Shown here: in pieces, positions 37,037 to 62,902 of the stretch
Position numbering within the stretch: the stretch's first letter is position 1
Layout of the letters: every line of letters starts with the position of its first letter
Assembly: GCF_009914755.1 (NCBI RefSeq)
Contig: NC_060926.1
Direction: 5' to 3' (one strand)
Source of the DNA: the human T2T-CHM13v2.0 reference genome, Homo sapiens
Length of the DNA: 64,000 nt
Made by a program: the position numbers and the translations under genes
The notes under the pieces: model-generated
The model's database searches: none
Told to the model about the DNA's origin: nothing
What the model saw: the letters and a program-made list of their open reading frames with translations, nothing else

Positions 37037-37989
37037 AATCCATGGTTAGCTGGGCTTTGGATCTGAGTAGCCAAAACTATAGAACCTTTCGTTTTGCAAC
37101 CTGGCAACTACTAAGCAAAAGATCGTCAGGGTTTGGGAGTCATAGATGGGGGTATTTTGTACACGAACTTATAATATAAAACAAAACTGTAAATATTTTC
37201 AGTATAAAATTTGATGAGTCATAAATGAAGTTATACTAGTGGAAATTTTAGCTCTTTTGAGAATTATTTCCTTTCCCCCCAAATCTTGTAGTTTCCACCC
37301 ATAATCTCTATTACAAGACACATTGATATCCTGAAATGTACTGTGCTAGTAATGGGATAGTAATCCACATTGGTGCTGGAGTTCAGATCTTTTAAAGGAA
37401 GGTCAAATGATCTGTTTTTCATATTAAGACATTTTTAAAGTTTTCCTTTGTTTATATTTAGAATAGGTTGTAATCTGAGTAGAGGAACTAAACCTTGAAG
37501 GACTGTTGAAGGAGAGATAAGATAATGAGTGACCCTTCTAACATCAAAATGCTTTAAGGTCTGTAGATATCATATGATTCAGTGTTGCTGTTTAGCAATA
37601 ACCATTATGTGACTATAATAGCTGTTGTGTTGATGTTTGCGCAGAAAGGATCTTAAGCAATTATGCCTTATTGTACTATTCATTTCTATTTGTAATTCAT
37701 TCTCTTCCCTTATTGGAGTACTTTTAGAAGATCATGAAGTATGGAAGGAAGGAGTGGTGACTGCTTTCTGTTCAGAAGTGAACGTAGTGGTGTCAGGAGG
37801 TAGAGGTCACACTTACACATTTCTTCCTCCCCAGGAGGAAGTCAGGACACAGGGGGGCACAGCACAACAGGGCTGGCCAGGGCTGGTGCTGTTTGGGATA
37901 GGAGGTAGGATGGGCAGGGGGAAGCTGGGTATGGGCCAGGGAGGCTGCCCTGGTGCTCCATTATGAGGGGACAGCAATCATGCCTATGT

Positions 37990-38140
37990 TTGTGTGAACC
38001 CAAGATTTAGCTCCCACTTACAAGTAAGAATGTGCGCTATTTGGTTTCCCATTTCTGTGTTACTTTGCTTAGGATAACAGCCTTCAGCAGCATCCACACT
38101 GCTGCAAGGACATGGTTTCATTCTTTTTTTATGGTGTGCA
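37990..38140 (-). mobile_element. L1P-type 3' fragment
   Basis: tttagctcccacttacaagtaagaatgtg...ttgcttaggataa...catcca...ttcattcttttttatgg. Confidence 0.75.
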
Positions 38141-38392
38141 GTGGCAAAAGTTAATAGAAGAATAGAACATCTTCTACTTTCAAGACCAAGAAGTGCTCAC
38201 ACCTTGCAGGAATTGGAGAAGGTTTGGATCACATCACCAGGGGTAGCATCTTGATGAGCTGAAGTGCTGGCTAAAGACAGACAGAAGATGGGGTGATGGT
38301 AGAGGGAGAAAGTTATAAATACAACTTCCGGCCGGGCACGGTGGCTCACGCCTGTAATCCCAGCACTCTGGGAGGCTGAGGCAGGCAGATTA

Positions 38393-38926
<534 letters not shown>

Positions 38927-39362
38927 TCAAAAATAAAAATAAAAATAAATAAATACATACATAGATAAATAGAGATGAATTGGAATTAACTAGAGGCAAC
39001 AAACTTCATCCAGATGTTGACAGTGACTGATGGGACTTGGCCGCAGTGGGGTGGGGGTGAAGGTGGAGAATAACACATTTTCCCTTGCACGAGGGAGTGT
39101 TGTGTTGCCTGGTGTTGGTAGGAGGATGTTCTTTCTACTGCCGTCACTGGGAAGTTTAAGTGTGTGCAGAAGGGTATGTCCTTTAGATATATGTGCACTT
39201 ACATATTTGTGTCTGGCTGTTTTCCTCAAAGAGGAGGTTTCTCAAGGCAGGACCTGTGTCTGGCACAGGTAGTGTTTCTCCAGTGTCCCACAGGCAGCAA
39301 GAGTTTGATAATGAGTTAACACATGTGTGCTGTAACCCACCTCTGACTTTTCCCACCCACAG

Positions 39363-39551
39363 CTGTGCATGTCTGATAAACTGTGGGAACAGATAGTCCA
39401 GTCGACCTGCGACACCATCACTCCTGACGTGAGGGCCCTGGCGGAGGACACAGGCTGGAGACAGCTGTTCTTCACCAACAAGCTCCAGCTCCAGCGGCAG
39501 CTCCGCAAGAGGAAACAAAAATATGGAAACCTGAGAGAAAAGCAACCTTAG
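39363..39551 (+). CDS. FBXO36: FBXO36 terminal coding exon (exon 4)
   Basis: Pyrimidine tract + cacag|CTG acceptor, phase 0. Translates LCMSDKLWEQIVQSTCDTITPDVRALAEDTGWRQLFFTNKLQLQRQLRKRKQKYGNLREKQP* and coincides with ORF 39369..39551. Confidence 0.96.
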   Translation: MCMSDKLWEQIVQSTCDTITPDVRALAEDTGWRQLFFTNKLQLQRQLRKRKQKYGNLREKQP

Positions 39552-40251
39552 GCACACATTTTCCTACCAGCAGGGAGCTCAGGCATGGCTGTGTTTCTCT
39601 TCAGTGTCCAAATCTCTTCTGTCTCCTTTTCTTAAGAACTAAGAGGTTTTGTTGATGCGTGGAGCCATTTGAAACTCGTAGGGGATTTGCACACAAATGC
39701 AGCAGAGTCTGGCTCCCCAGTGCCTTGCTAGAGTCACCGTCATTCTGAGGTCAAATCATGGCCCGAGGACAAGGGCTGTAAGACAGGGAGCCCCATAGGC
39801 CATCATCATCCTTATCCCACACCCATTATAAAAGAGGTTTCTATTGTATATAAACAAACAATAAATGATTATTAGCAGGTTTTTATTAGACATCTATTTT
39901 ATCTAGGCATTAGAAAGGGTAATGGGGCTTTTGAATTTTTTCCTGGCATTGTGTCGTCTGCGTCCAGCCATGAAGCTGGTGGCTGAGTGTCCCCACCAGG
40001 AACTGTGAAGGGCACGTACCACGGGAGGCACTCAGGGTGGGTGCAGCTGCCTTCCCAACTTTGTTCTGCTAAGTCCATATTCAGGGCCCTATCCTTGTGA
40101 GCCCAGGATGCCAGGGTCCATCCCCGCATGTAGACAGCTTCCGACCTGGTGCTGGAGCATGACTGGAGAAGTGCAGGCATCCTGCTTGCGGACCTTGCTC
40201 AAAGTACAACTTCCCAGGACTACTTCACATTGTTAAATAAACCTATAAACA

Positions 40252-40282
<31 letters not shown>

Positions 40283-41720
40283 TGTATTTTCTTTTTAGTA
40301 GAGGTGGAGTTTCGCCATGTAGGCCAGGCTGGTCTTGAACTCCTGACCTCAAGTGATCTACCTGCTCTGGCTTCCAAAGTGCTGGGATTACAGGCATGAG
40401 CCACTATGTCTGGCTAAAACCTATAAACATTTCTTAGAGAAATGCTGTTCCCCAAAGGAATGTGAACAGCTACCACTTTTAACAAGGATATTTAAGAAAA
40501 CAGACTATGAGTTAACTAAGTAAAAATGTAAATATGGTTTGCATGCTGTTAACATGGCAGAGGGGTAAAAAGAATACAGTCCTGGGGAGAAAGGTCACTT
40601 CACTGAGAAGGCTTACTTAAAAATGTTTTTCTCCCTGCACTTTCATGATTATTAAGTACCCCTAGAAAATGAACTCATAGCAGCAAATAATCTAATGACT
40701 CCTTTTAGGTTACAGAGCAAAGTAGCTTTCTACTTCCACATCACATTATAATATAGCCTTATAATTTCTTCTTTCCTGCAACCTTCACTTTCCTACCTAG
40801 GAAAACTCACCTCCGGTGCCAGAGAAACTTCCCAGGATGCACTAGGGCCCTGTGAACAATACAGAAGTTGTGGACTCTGGCTCTTTGTCCCACCTAAGTC
40901 CTTCCAGAAGGGCTCTACAGCATGGCTTAGTGACATTAAAAAAAAAAACTGAACCCATGTTAATATCAAACAAGATTTTAATCTTCATTCACACACCCTT
41001 AAAACCCAGTCACGGGGCTCCCCGGTGCCAGTTTGAGACCGTCAACCTAGCCCTCTCTGCTTCTCATTGCTGGAGGTACACACAGTCAAAAGTTTTCCGT
41101 GACTGTGAAATCCAGTGCAATCTGCTTCCCAGCAGATGAGGAGCCTGACGTGGTTATGTCTGGATTTAGTCCAAGAACAGAGCAAAGCTTTAATTGTCAA
41201 GAGACCCAGGCCTCATTCTCCACTTAGGAGAGTTTGCTAGGGCAGGTACAGGTAAAGGTAACCAGCAGGCAGCTGAGAGCAAGAAGGCACGTGCTCTGCA
41301 GAGCTCTAGCTGCCTTGGCTCTCCCTGAGCTCCCAGACTTCACTCATGGCCTAATTTTCAATGACAGAACGTAGGTTTTATCGTGAGGATGCAGACACAA
41401 CCACAATTACGTATGTCAACATAACTTCATAAATATGTAACTGTAACTTATTGGTAACATCAGTGCAAGATGATTAAAGCTTCATGTGTAGTATTTTATC
41501 AACAAACAGATTCTGAAAGCTTATGGACATGCGCAATAGTTGATTCAGCTTCAATCAATAAGAACATAAATATGGCAATTTGAAAACACTATGTATATAC
41601 CTACTCACATATATATTATACTTACGATATATACTTATATGTAGTATATAATAATATTACATATAAAAATGTTATAAAAATAAATGCTAAAGTAAATAAA
41701 AAAAGAGCCATTAATATGTT
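39552..41720 (+). other. FBXO36: FBXO36 3' UTR (3' end approximate; several candidate poly(A) signals)
   Basis: Follows the TAG stop. AATAAA at 39860-39865, 40236-40241, 41679-41684 and 41695-41700. Which sites are used cannot be seen from sequence. Confidence 0.65.
40258..40415 (-). mobile_element. Left-arm-only Alu in the FBXO36 3' UTR
   Basis: T tract + left monomer only, flanked by a perfect 19-bp TSD aaacctataaacatttctt (40239-40257, 40417-40435). Confidence 0.9.
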
Positions 41721-42103
41721 AACTATTGTTAAATAATAGCTAAAATAATACAGATTATTAAATTATTTTAATACTTACTTGCCATAATAATCTGAGTGCC
41801 TTATTACTTGATTACAATTGTTTTTGCCAAAATAGGAACAATATCATCAAGTGAACATCCTGTGTCTCCCCAGCATCCTCAGTGGTTGAAACACTTTGTC
41901 CCTCCCTCCCCCATCTCATTTTCCATGTGAGGTTCCATGTGACGATCCCATAACATGGTAATAGGCAGCGATGGTCTTGACTTTCTGCTTCTATTAACAG
42001 CTTTCATTTCTATTTCTGCTTTCATGTGGATGGATAAATCTGCTTTATGTCTTAACATTTCAGAGTGAAATGCCACACAATTTTTTTTTTTTTTTTTTTT
42101 TGA

Positions 42104-42397
<294 letters not shown>

Positions 42398-42651
42398 TAA
42401 TCTTGTCCTTTTTCATCTTTTCAATCAACTGTGTTTCTACTCTGTTCTCATTTACCATTGTAATTATACAATACTGAAAATTTCCAATGGTTTATATATT
42501 TAGTGGTATAAGAACAATCTATTAACAATAGAAAATACATATTTTTAATTTATAACTAAATAATAAACATATTTTACTTAATGTCAAGTTCTACTACTAC
42601 TTTTTTCCCAAACAGGTTGGCATATGTATGCATTAAGCCTCAGCAATATAG

Positions 42652-42964
<313 letters not shown>

Positions 42965-43341
42965 TAAAATGTTTTCTTCTACTGAGTAGGCCCCAGAACT
43001 AAGGCTGAGGTGATCATGTGGGGAGGGACTGCAAGCAGGGGTAAGGACAATGCACCAGGTACCACTTGTCATTGTTTTGTGAGCTGCTTGTGTATATAAT
43101 GGTTATCAGTCTTTATTTATTACCCCAAACTGACTCCTGAAATACCGAAGAATAATATAAAACAACCTTACTAAAAACAGAAAAGTTCATCACAGTTTTT
43201 TGCTCTGAGTTTTAGTATAATGACCTCTATCTTCAGTTTGTATTAATATACTGTGAGAGCGTATCCAAGCTTTTCAATTGTGAGTAGTTGGTTTCAACTT
43301 GAAATGGATGTCTTTGATGTCATGTTAAAAACATCAAGTGA

Positions 43342-48094
<4,753 letters not shown>

Positions 48095-49062
48095 AAAAAC
48101 ATCAAGTGAACAAAGTGCCACCACATTGAAGAAAAATGGCACCTGCAGTTAAAACCCTAACAATATACATTGTCATTTTACAAAATAAAATTAATAGCTT
48201 CACTTCTACTTCATTTTAAAATAAGATCATCTGCACTCTGAGGCAGCATTCGTCTGCCCTTGCAACGTGTAACTGTCAGAGTGGGGCACTACAGAGGACT
48301 ACCTGCATTATATTCCCTCAAAAACGGTTTTCCACTCAGGAAAGTTATTTTCAATTGGGAAATATGTTCTGCCCATTCAAAAAGTCTTACAGCCACTGAT
48401 CCATGGCCACAGACTGCACTGGAATAACCTCAGAAATAATAATATTAGCAGCTTCTATCTATTGTCTACTATGTGCCAAGAAATAAACAGATAGTAAACA
48501 ACTGAATTCTTAACAGCAATCCTTAAAAGTAAGTGATATTATTTCTGTCATTTCTCTCAGGGGTCTACAAATTATGGCGTGGACCTAATCTGACCAGCCT
48601 CCTGATTTATAAATAAAGCTTTATTGGAACAGTATTTATGTGTTATCTGTGGTCGCTTCCATACTACAATGGCAGCATTAGGTAGTAATCGTGACACAGA
48701 CTGCATTGCCTGCAAAATCTAATTATTCTGAGAGGACAAGTTAATTTTTTCAAAGTTTCATAAAACTGAGACAAATCTCTACCTACTAAGTCTGTGTTCT
48801 TAACCACAAATGCCACAGCACCTCTCCTTTCAGAGCCAAAACTACATCTCACCAATAGAACTTGAAAAGGTGATGGGATTTGTGCAGGTCACATTTGAAA
48901 TTATAAGGAGAGGGCCTTGAGCATAATATGAGACCATTCAAGACTGGTTGCCCAGAGAATATGCCAAGCTTTTGATGAACAAAATTATTGCCTATTTTTA
49001 ATAAAGTATCTTTTTGTTGTTGTTGTTTTTGAGACAGGGTCTCACTCTATCGCCCAGGCTGA

Positions 49063-49299
<237 letters not shown>

Positions 49300-51239
49300 T
49301 AGCCTAAAGTGTCTTAAGGCATTTAAATAATGAGCAAGGGGTAAATTCTTCGAGCCCCTCATACACTCTTATGGAAAGCTACCAGGATGAGTAAAGGGGG
49401 TGAGTAAATACAGCTTACTGGTTCTTTCCCAAACTCAGTGCTCTCTTCCTACCACTTTCCTCTACTTGACCACTTGGAAATCTGCCTCTGTCAAGAAACC
49501 CTTACCTCCTTCTATTTCACCTGGCAATTCAAGAGGAGGTGGGATTGGCTCTCACCTTGCTCTCCAGTGCTAATTGGAGACCCTCAACCCAACTCTCTCC
49601 TCACAGTCCAACTGTAGCACCTTTCCTGCATTGCAGTGGTCTCCGCTCTCCACCATGGCTCAATTCCCTTTTCATAGATGACAACTGCTTCCCCGCTCCA
49701 GTCTTTGCAATTCAACATCAGCATTCCCTCCCCAACTCACTGTTCTCTGAATATTTTGACGCTGGAGACCTCCCCCCATCCACACATACCACACTCCAGC
49801 CTGGCCAACCTGGAATGCTTATCCTTCCACGGCCTTCACATCTGAGCTTTCTGGTGTGGAGCCATTGCTTCTGGAGGGAAGCCTCCTTACCTTCTTGAGG
49901 AGTTGCCTCATTTCCAAAACTCACTTCTTCTAAGCTTCCATGAATCTGTACATGTGACCGGTTTGCTCTCTGCCCTAACCTGCGTCCCTTACTGCCTGTT
50001 CATCCAGCAGCCCCTCCCTGACTGTACTTGACTACCTGCCCTCTCTGAATTCCAGGATTAGTGAAACGCTCAACGCGTGAAACGCTCTTGCCCTGTAACC
50101 TGCAGGATGTCCACCCGACGGGCGATTTATGTCCTCTTCCCTATGGTCAGACGGCAGAGCATCACTGGGGCACACCAGATGTGCTGCCTTGGCCCCCGAC
50201 CGACCTAGCCTGGCTTCCTTTGGCTTCCACGCATTGCCTTAACAGGCCTTGTATTATCTATTTCCTGGGCTTCTCACAGTGGATCTTCAAGTCTTATCTC
50301 CCACTTCGCAGAGATTAATCTTTTCAGTGTGAACGTCACAGCTTCTCTTCTCTCCTGCATAAAACCTCCCTGTCCTGGGCCCACCTTGTCTTTCTTCTAC
50401 CTTCAGAGGGAGGAGTTGACTTATTTACAGTGCTCACCTATCCATTGTTAGGGATTCTGGTCTTTCTCATCTCCTTGTTCTCTATATCTTCCATCTCTCC
50501 TCTTCACAGATTCTCTTTCCTTCTCTTTTTTGAATACTTATGTAAATAGAGACAGGGTCTTGCTATGTTGCCCAGGCTGGTCTCAAACTCTGGTTTCAAC
50601 TGATCCTCCTGCCTTGGCCTCCCACACTGGGATTACAGGAATGAGCTACCGCACCTGGCACCCTTTTCTTTTCTTAAGAACATAGGAATCCGACAGGCTG
50701 TAATCCCAGCACATTGGGAGGCCGAGGTGGGTGGATCCCTTCAGCCCAGGAGTTTGAGATGAGCCTGAAAAATATAGTGAAAAGTGAGACCTTGTTTCTA
50801 CAAAAAAAAGAATATAGGTCTCTCCTTGAAAGAAGCTTCATTCTAATGACCTTCTCAGTGCCCTGTTATTTCTCTCCTTCTGAGCCACCAAACAGCTATA
50901 ACAATTACTCTCCCCTCGCTGCTTCCCCTTGTTCTCTACTATTCCCGCAATTCCTTAGCCTCTCTTGGTCATCTTCTAAAGCTACTCTCTTAGCTACTAC
51001 TGAGAGTTTCTAATCTAGTATCCCTTTCTCAGCTCCCGTTGTTAATTCATTTAAAAATACTGTTTTAGGCAGGGTGCAGTGGCTCATGCCTGTAATCCCA
51101 GCACTTTGGGAAGCTGAGGTGAGTGGATCATCTGAGGTCAAGAATTCGAGACCAGCCTGACCAATCTGGTGAAACCCTGTCTCTACTAAAAATACAAAAA
51201 TTAGCCGGGCCTGGTGGCGTGCACCTGTAGTCCCAGCTG

Positions 51240-51721
51240 CTCCTGACTTCAAGTGATCCGCCCGCCTCGGCCTCCCAAAGTGCTGGGATTACAGGCATCA
51301 GCCACTGCACCTGGCTTAGCTCTACTCTTTTTTTATATTGAACTCCTTGATCTTTTCAGCTTTCAGATGTATACATGTGTATGTGTATTAGTTATACGTT
51401 GTGCCCACATATATGTATATGTCTATACTTGTGTTTGGATATTGTCTACACGGTACCAAGTTAACATAACAATAAACGAGTAATCAAAAATCAAATAAAT
51501 AAGCTCAAATATTTTTCAAGTTCACTTGACTTGAGTGAATCTTTTGGTAAATATGAGTAGTTTAATATTGTTGGTTTAATAAAAACAAATATCTTCTGAC
51601 TTATCAGCAAAATATGCATGTATTTAATGTTCAGGTGATTGCTTTATGATACTTAGATAACATATGATAATATTAATAGCAAAATGGTTAATAGGAAATT
51701 TAAGTTGAGAAGATGGCTAGA
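51240..51721 (-). repeat. Inverted duplicate of 59878-60359
   Basis: Colinear reverse-complement match including the same Alu/non-Alu junction; ORF track shows near-identical peptides at 51253..51483(+) and 60117..60521(-). Confidence 0.93.
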
Positions 51722-52410
51722 GGCTGAAACAGGAGAATTGCTTGAACCGGGAGGCGGAGGTTGCAGTGAGCTGAGACTGCGCCATTGCACTCCAGCCTGG
51801 GCGACAGAGCGAGATGCTGTCTCGAAAATAAATAAAAACTAATAAATAAATAAATAAAAATACTGTTTATGTATTAGTTACTCTGTGCCAGGCACTGAGC
51901 TAAGCCCTGGAGACACTTGCATAACTAGAACACGGCCCTGCCCACAAGCAAGTTCAGTCAGTAAATGTTCCCCATTTTTCCTAACATCCAAGGTTCTTCG
52001 CTAGCCAGCTTTACTTCCTACCTCTCTACTCTTTTTCTTCCACCTTTGAAGGATTCTTCTCCTGTTTCCACCTCTGAAAGTCCTGCAGCTGTTCCTTTAC
52101 TGACCAGCAGAGTAGGTCCTAAAGGGCTGCTGGTGAATCCAAGGCCATCCAAGGAATGCTGCCCTGGAGAGAGCTCAGTGACTCTTCCTCCTTTCACGCA
52201 CCCTTGGGAAATGGGGCACACTTCCAGAGGACTTTCTCCAGGTGGTGTTTCAGTGTCTGCCTTGTGCCTGGAGGCACTGCGCTCCACGCTTGGGAATGCC
52301 ATGGAAGCAGACAGACCTAGTCCTGTTCTCATGGGGCTTCCTTGGTTGGGGGTAGTAGGGGAGGGGCTAAAAGGAGTAGGAAGGTGACACCTCTTCCTTG
52401 GAGATTCTGA

Positions 52411-52671
<261 letters not shown>

Positions 52672-52690
52672 TGAACTCCTTACCTCATGA

Positions 52691-53060
<370 letters not shown>

Positions 53061-53442
53061 TAATATTTATGAGACTCATGACTTGACAATCAATCCGACC
53101 TCCCACTTTGCAGAGATTAAGCTTATCAGCGTGAACTTCTCTTGGCTTATCTGTCAAGGTTTTGTATAAACAACCTTCCCCTACCTGTGCAGCCTGGCAT
53201 CATCCCTATTCTTGGTTACTTCAGGCTATTCTTTGAACCTGAGCTCCTCCTGTGCTTTCCGGGTCTGTGTTTTCACCCATGTTGTTCTCCCCTTGCCCCG
53301 TCATCATGCCAGCCCCCTAACCAAGTCATGCCCAGCCTCCAGGGCCACTTCACACTTCAGCCATCTCTCCTTCTGATTCCTCTAGCACAAAGTGTGCTGC
53401 TGGGATCTTGGGAGTCCTCAAAACCCCTTCAGTCATCTGTGA

Positions 53443-53840
<398 letters not shown>

Positions 53841-54416
53841 TAAGCAGTGGAATTTTCCAGAGGCTATGTGAACTGTGATGTTACTCTGATGACTAGTGGA
53901 ACATATGCTTGTCTATTTTTGTGTTTTCTAGACTTTTCTAAGGTAATAGGTTTAGGGTATGAATATGTTGAATTTTCAGAGGCTAACCTAGTTTGTTTTC
54001 AGTACTTCTACCGTGCTCTTGCTAGTTATCTTTGTTATACCTGCTATCTTTTTTTTTTTTGAGACTGAGTCTCGCTGTGTTGCCCAGGCTGGTTTCCAAT
54101 GATTCTCCTGCCTCAGGCTCCCAAGTAGCTGGAATTACAGGCACGCGCCACCACGCCCAGCTAATTTTTGTATTTTTAGTAGAGACGGGGTTTCACCATG
54201 TTGGCCAAGCTGGTCTTGAACTTCTGACCTCGTGATCTGCCCGCCTCAGCCTCCCAAAGTGCTGGGATTACAGGCGTGAGCCACCGCGCCCAGCCTATAC
54301 CTGCTATCTTTTATGCAACCTTATTCTCATCCAGTAAATTGGTATCCTGAGGTTTACCTGTGTGGAAATACAAGAGGTAGATATACTTTGTTGTCTTACT
54401 TTGCAATAATATTTAA

Positions 54417-54749
<333 letters not shown>

Positions 54750-55132
54750 TAAACCCTAAAATGTGAATTCTAGGATTTAATATTTTATTGAAAACTTAAA
54801 CATTTATATTTTTATTCTATTTAAAGATGGATCATTTGCTTTAAAGGGGGATATGGGAAATCTTGCTTTCTTAGCCCACAGCTGCACTGAGACTAAAGAT
54901 GCTAAAAAAAGATGAAACTGACATATTAAGGAGTTTTCAAACTCACATAAGGGAAAAACTAGTAAAAAGAAGTATAAATATGACTCAGAAGGTATTTTTC
55001 CTTGGCTTTATAGTGTTAAAAATTTACCTTTTTTGGTACCCCTCAAGTTACGGCATCACTTTGAGAGGAATCATTCAGAGTTTAAAGAAAAAAGGAGTTG
55101 AATATTTTAAATGTAGATATGATGTTTCTTAA

Positions 55133-55619
<487 letters not shown>

Positions 55620-55676
55620 TAGATTAGGTTGCGCTTGATGTTTTGCTTGTGTTCATCCGGTATCAACACTGACTAA

Positions 55677-56227
<551 letters not shown>

Positions 56228-56729
56228 TAGACAGAGTTTCACCATGTTGTCCAGGCTGGTCTCAAACTTCTGGCCTCAAGTGATCGGCCTGCCTCGGCTT
56301 CCCAGGGTGTTGGGATTACAGGCGTGAGCCACCGCACTATCTTTAATACTGTGTGACAAAGGTGGGAGGAAGCAAGACCGCATCTGCTGCACATCAGAGT
56401 GTCACGGTTGTCATGAGGAAAAGCAGTTGTGTGATGAATCGCGAGCTCAACTACCCCTTTTTTCATGAAACACCATGTTTATACTTGGCAGACACATTAT
56501 TGGAAATGAGGCTATCCCTTCAAGGAAAACAAGTGCAGATTTCCTTGCCAATGATAATATTCAAACTTTCAAAAGAAAAATAATATTTTGGATAATTTAC
56601 ACCAACTTCCATGAGCTTGTCCACTTTCCAATGCTTAAAGTATTTTTAAGTACTTTAAAATACTTTGAAAGTTTTATTACCACCCATCTCATCAGACTGC
56701 CTAGTAGTATTAACACATGTGATTCTAAA

Positions 56730-57290
<561 letters not shown>

Positions 57291-57638
57291 TGATTTTTTA
57301 CACAAATAATAATTGTGATTTTCAAAATATTGTATAAAATATGAAAAAATTTTAGAAGAGCTACAAAACTCAGTGGAGCAATATTTTCCAAGTGATCAAA
57401 ACATCATTTTACAAAATCAGAAATGGGCAAAAGATTCAAAGTGTAAACTAGATCAATGGATTTTAATGTAATATTGTATGGGAAGTTTATTCATATGGTT
57501 TCAGATTCTACACTACAATGAACCTTTAAGAAATACCACTTCTTGAGTCTGATGTGGTATCAAAAATACATTTAGCAAATATGAGAATCAACCTATTTTC
57601 TATTAAGCCAAACATTAATGAAATTTGCAAAAATGTAA

Positions 57639-57971
<333 letters not shown>

Positions 57972-58479
57972 TAAAAAAGCAGTTACTTTTCATAAAAATG
58001 TTACTTATATTAACATAGTAGTTTCAATATTATTATTTTAAAATGAAGAAATATGTAAATGTTTTTTAATTTCTCAGTTTTGATTTTTCTGTTTTTTTAA
58101 GACAGAGTCTCACTGTGTCACCCAGGCTGGAGTGCAGTGGCATGATCACAGCTCACTGCAGCCTCAATCTCTCAGCTAAAGTGATCCTCCTACCTCAGCC
58201 TCCCGAGTAACTAGGACTATAGGTGTGCCCCACCATGCCTGGCTAATTTTTGTACTTTTTTGTAGAGACATGGTCTCACTCTGTTGCCCTGCCTGGTCTC
58301 AAATTCCTGGGCTCAAGTGATCCTCCTGCTTCAGCCTCCCAGAGGGCAGGAATTACAGGTGTCATCCACTGAGCCCGGCCCTCAGTTTCAATTTCTAATA
58401 TGGTGAATATTGGTAGATATAGCCAGCAAAAGCCAAATATCTTTGGTTCCTCGTTGGTTTTTCAGAGTATAGAGGAAGG

Positions 58480-61270
<2,791 letters not shown>

Positions 61271-61471
61271 TTGAACTTTGCTACTTCTTATTTTTTTTGA
61301 GACAGAGTCTCACTCTGTCACTCAGGCAGGAGTGCAGTGATGTGATCCCGGCTCCTGAACTGCAACTTTGAACTCCTGGGCTCAGGTAGTTCTCCCACCT
61401 CAGCCTCCAAAGTAGCTGGGACTGCAGGTGCACACCACAACACCCAGCTAACTTTTTAAACTTTTTTGTAG

Positions 61472-61903
<432 letters not shown>

Positions 61904-62871
61904 TAGCTTCATTTAAACACGTCAGGAGTCATTTCCCTTGGCTTTGTTATCACTCTTCCTGCACTGGAGTAGTAGGTTACTTATGCATGCAGGCTGCTTG
62001 AGGGCAGGGGTTTTGCATTAGCCTGCCTTGCTCCTATAGAAGCCCAGTCCACATTTGTTGATTGGAAAAGGACCGAGTAAAAGATTATATACTGTGAAGT
62101 CTTTATAGATAGTAATTGACCAGAATGCTGTATAAAAGGAAATAACGAGAGAGGTTCAGGACAAGTATTTGAAATTCACTGGAATATTTTGCCCTTAAAT
62201 ATGTTGAGACCGGGTGTGCGATTTTAATATGCATAAGAATCTACTGAGAAGCTTATCTAAAAAGGGAGATTTACTGGTCCCATTCTCAATTCTCTAGGTT
62301 TTAAGTAGGCCCAAGTATCTGCATTCAAAATAATTTTGGATACAAGTTTTAAATTGAAAAAGCATTATGTACATAAGGAAAAAAAAATCAGACCTACCTT
62401 AGTCCCCAGATTTTCTTCCCTGGAGCCAACAACTATTAATGTTTTCTTATGTTTCCTTATGTTTCTTCCCAGCAATTGTCAATTCATGTCTAAGCCTATT
62501 ATATATATGAATGACTTTTTTTTTGTAATGAAAACATATAATTGGGGGCATATTAAACATATTGCTTTATCTTGCTTTTTTTTTTTTCTTTTTTTCTTGA
62601 GACAGAGTCTTGCTCTGTCACCCAGGCTGGAGTGCAATGGCACAACCCAACTCCTGGGTTCAAATGACTCTTCTGCCTCAGCCTCCTGAGTAGCTGGGAT
62701 TACAGGTGCCCACCACCACGCCCAGCTAATTTTTGTATTTTTAGTAGAGATGGGGTTTCGCCATATTGCCCAGGCTGGTCTCAAACTCCTCAGCTCAAAG
62801 TGATCCATCCGCCTTGGCCTCCCAAAGTGCTGGGATTACAGGCATGAACCACCACGCCCAGCCTATCTTGC

Positions 62872-62902
<31 letters not shown>

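Noticed and set aside
37912-37941. G-quadruplex motif gggcagggggaagctgggtatgggccaggg
   Set aside because: Very common motif class with no supporting context.
39183-39557. Antisense ORFs over FBXO36 exon 4
   Set aside because: Shadow frames of the real coding exon.
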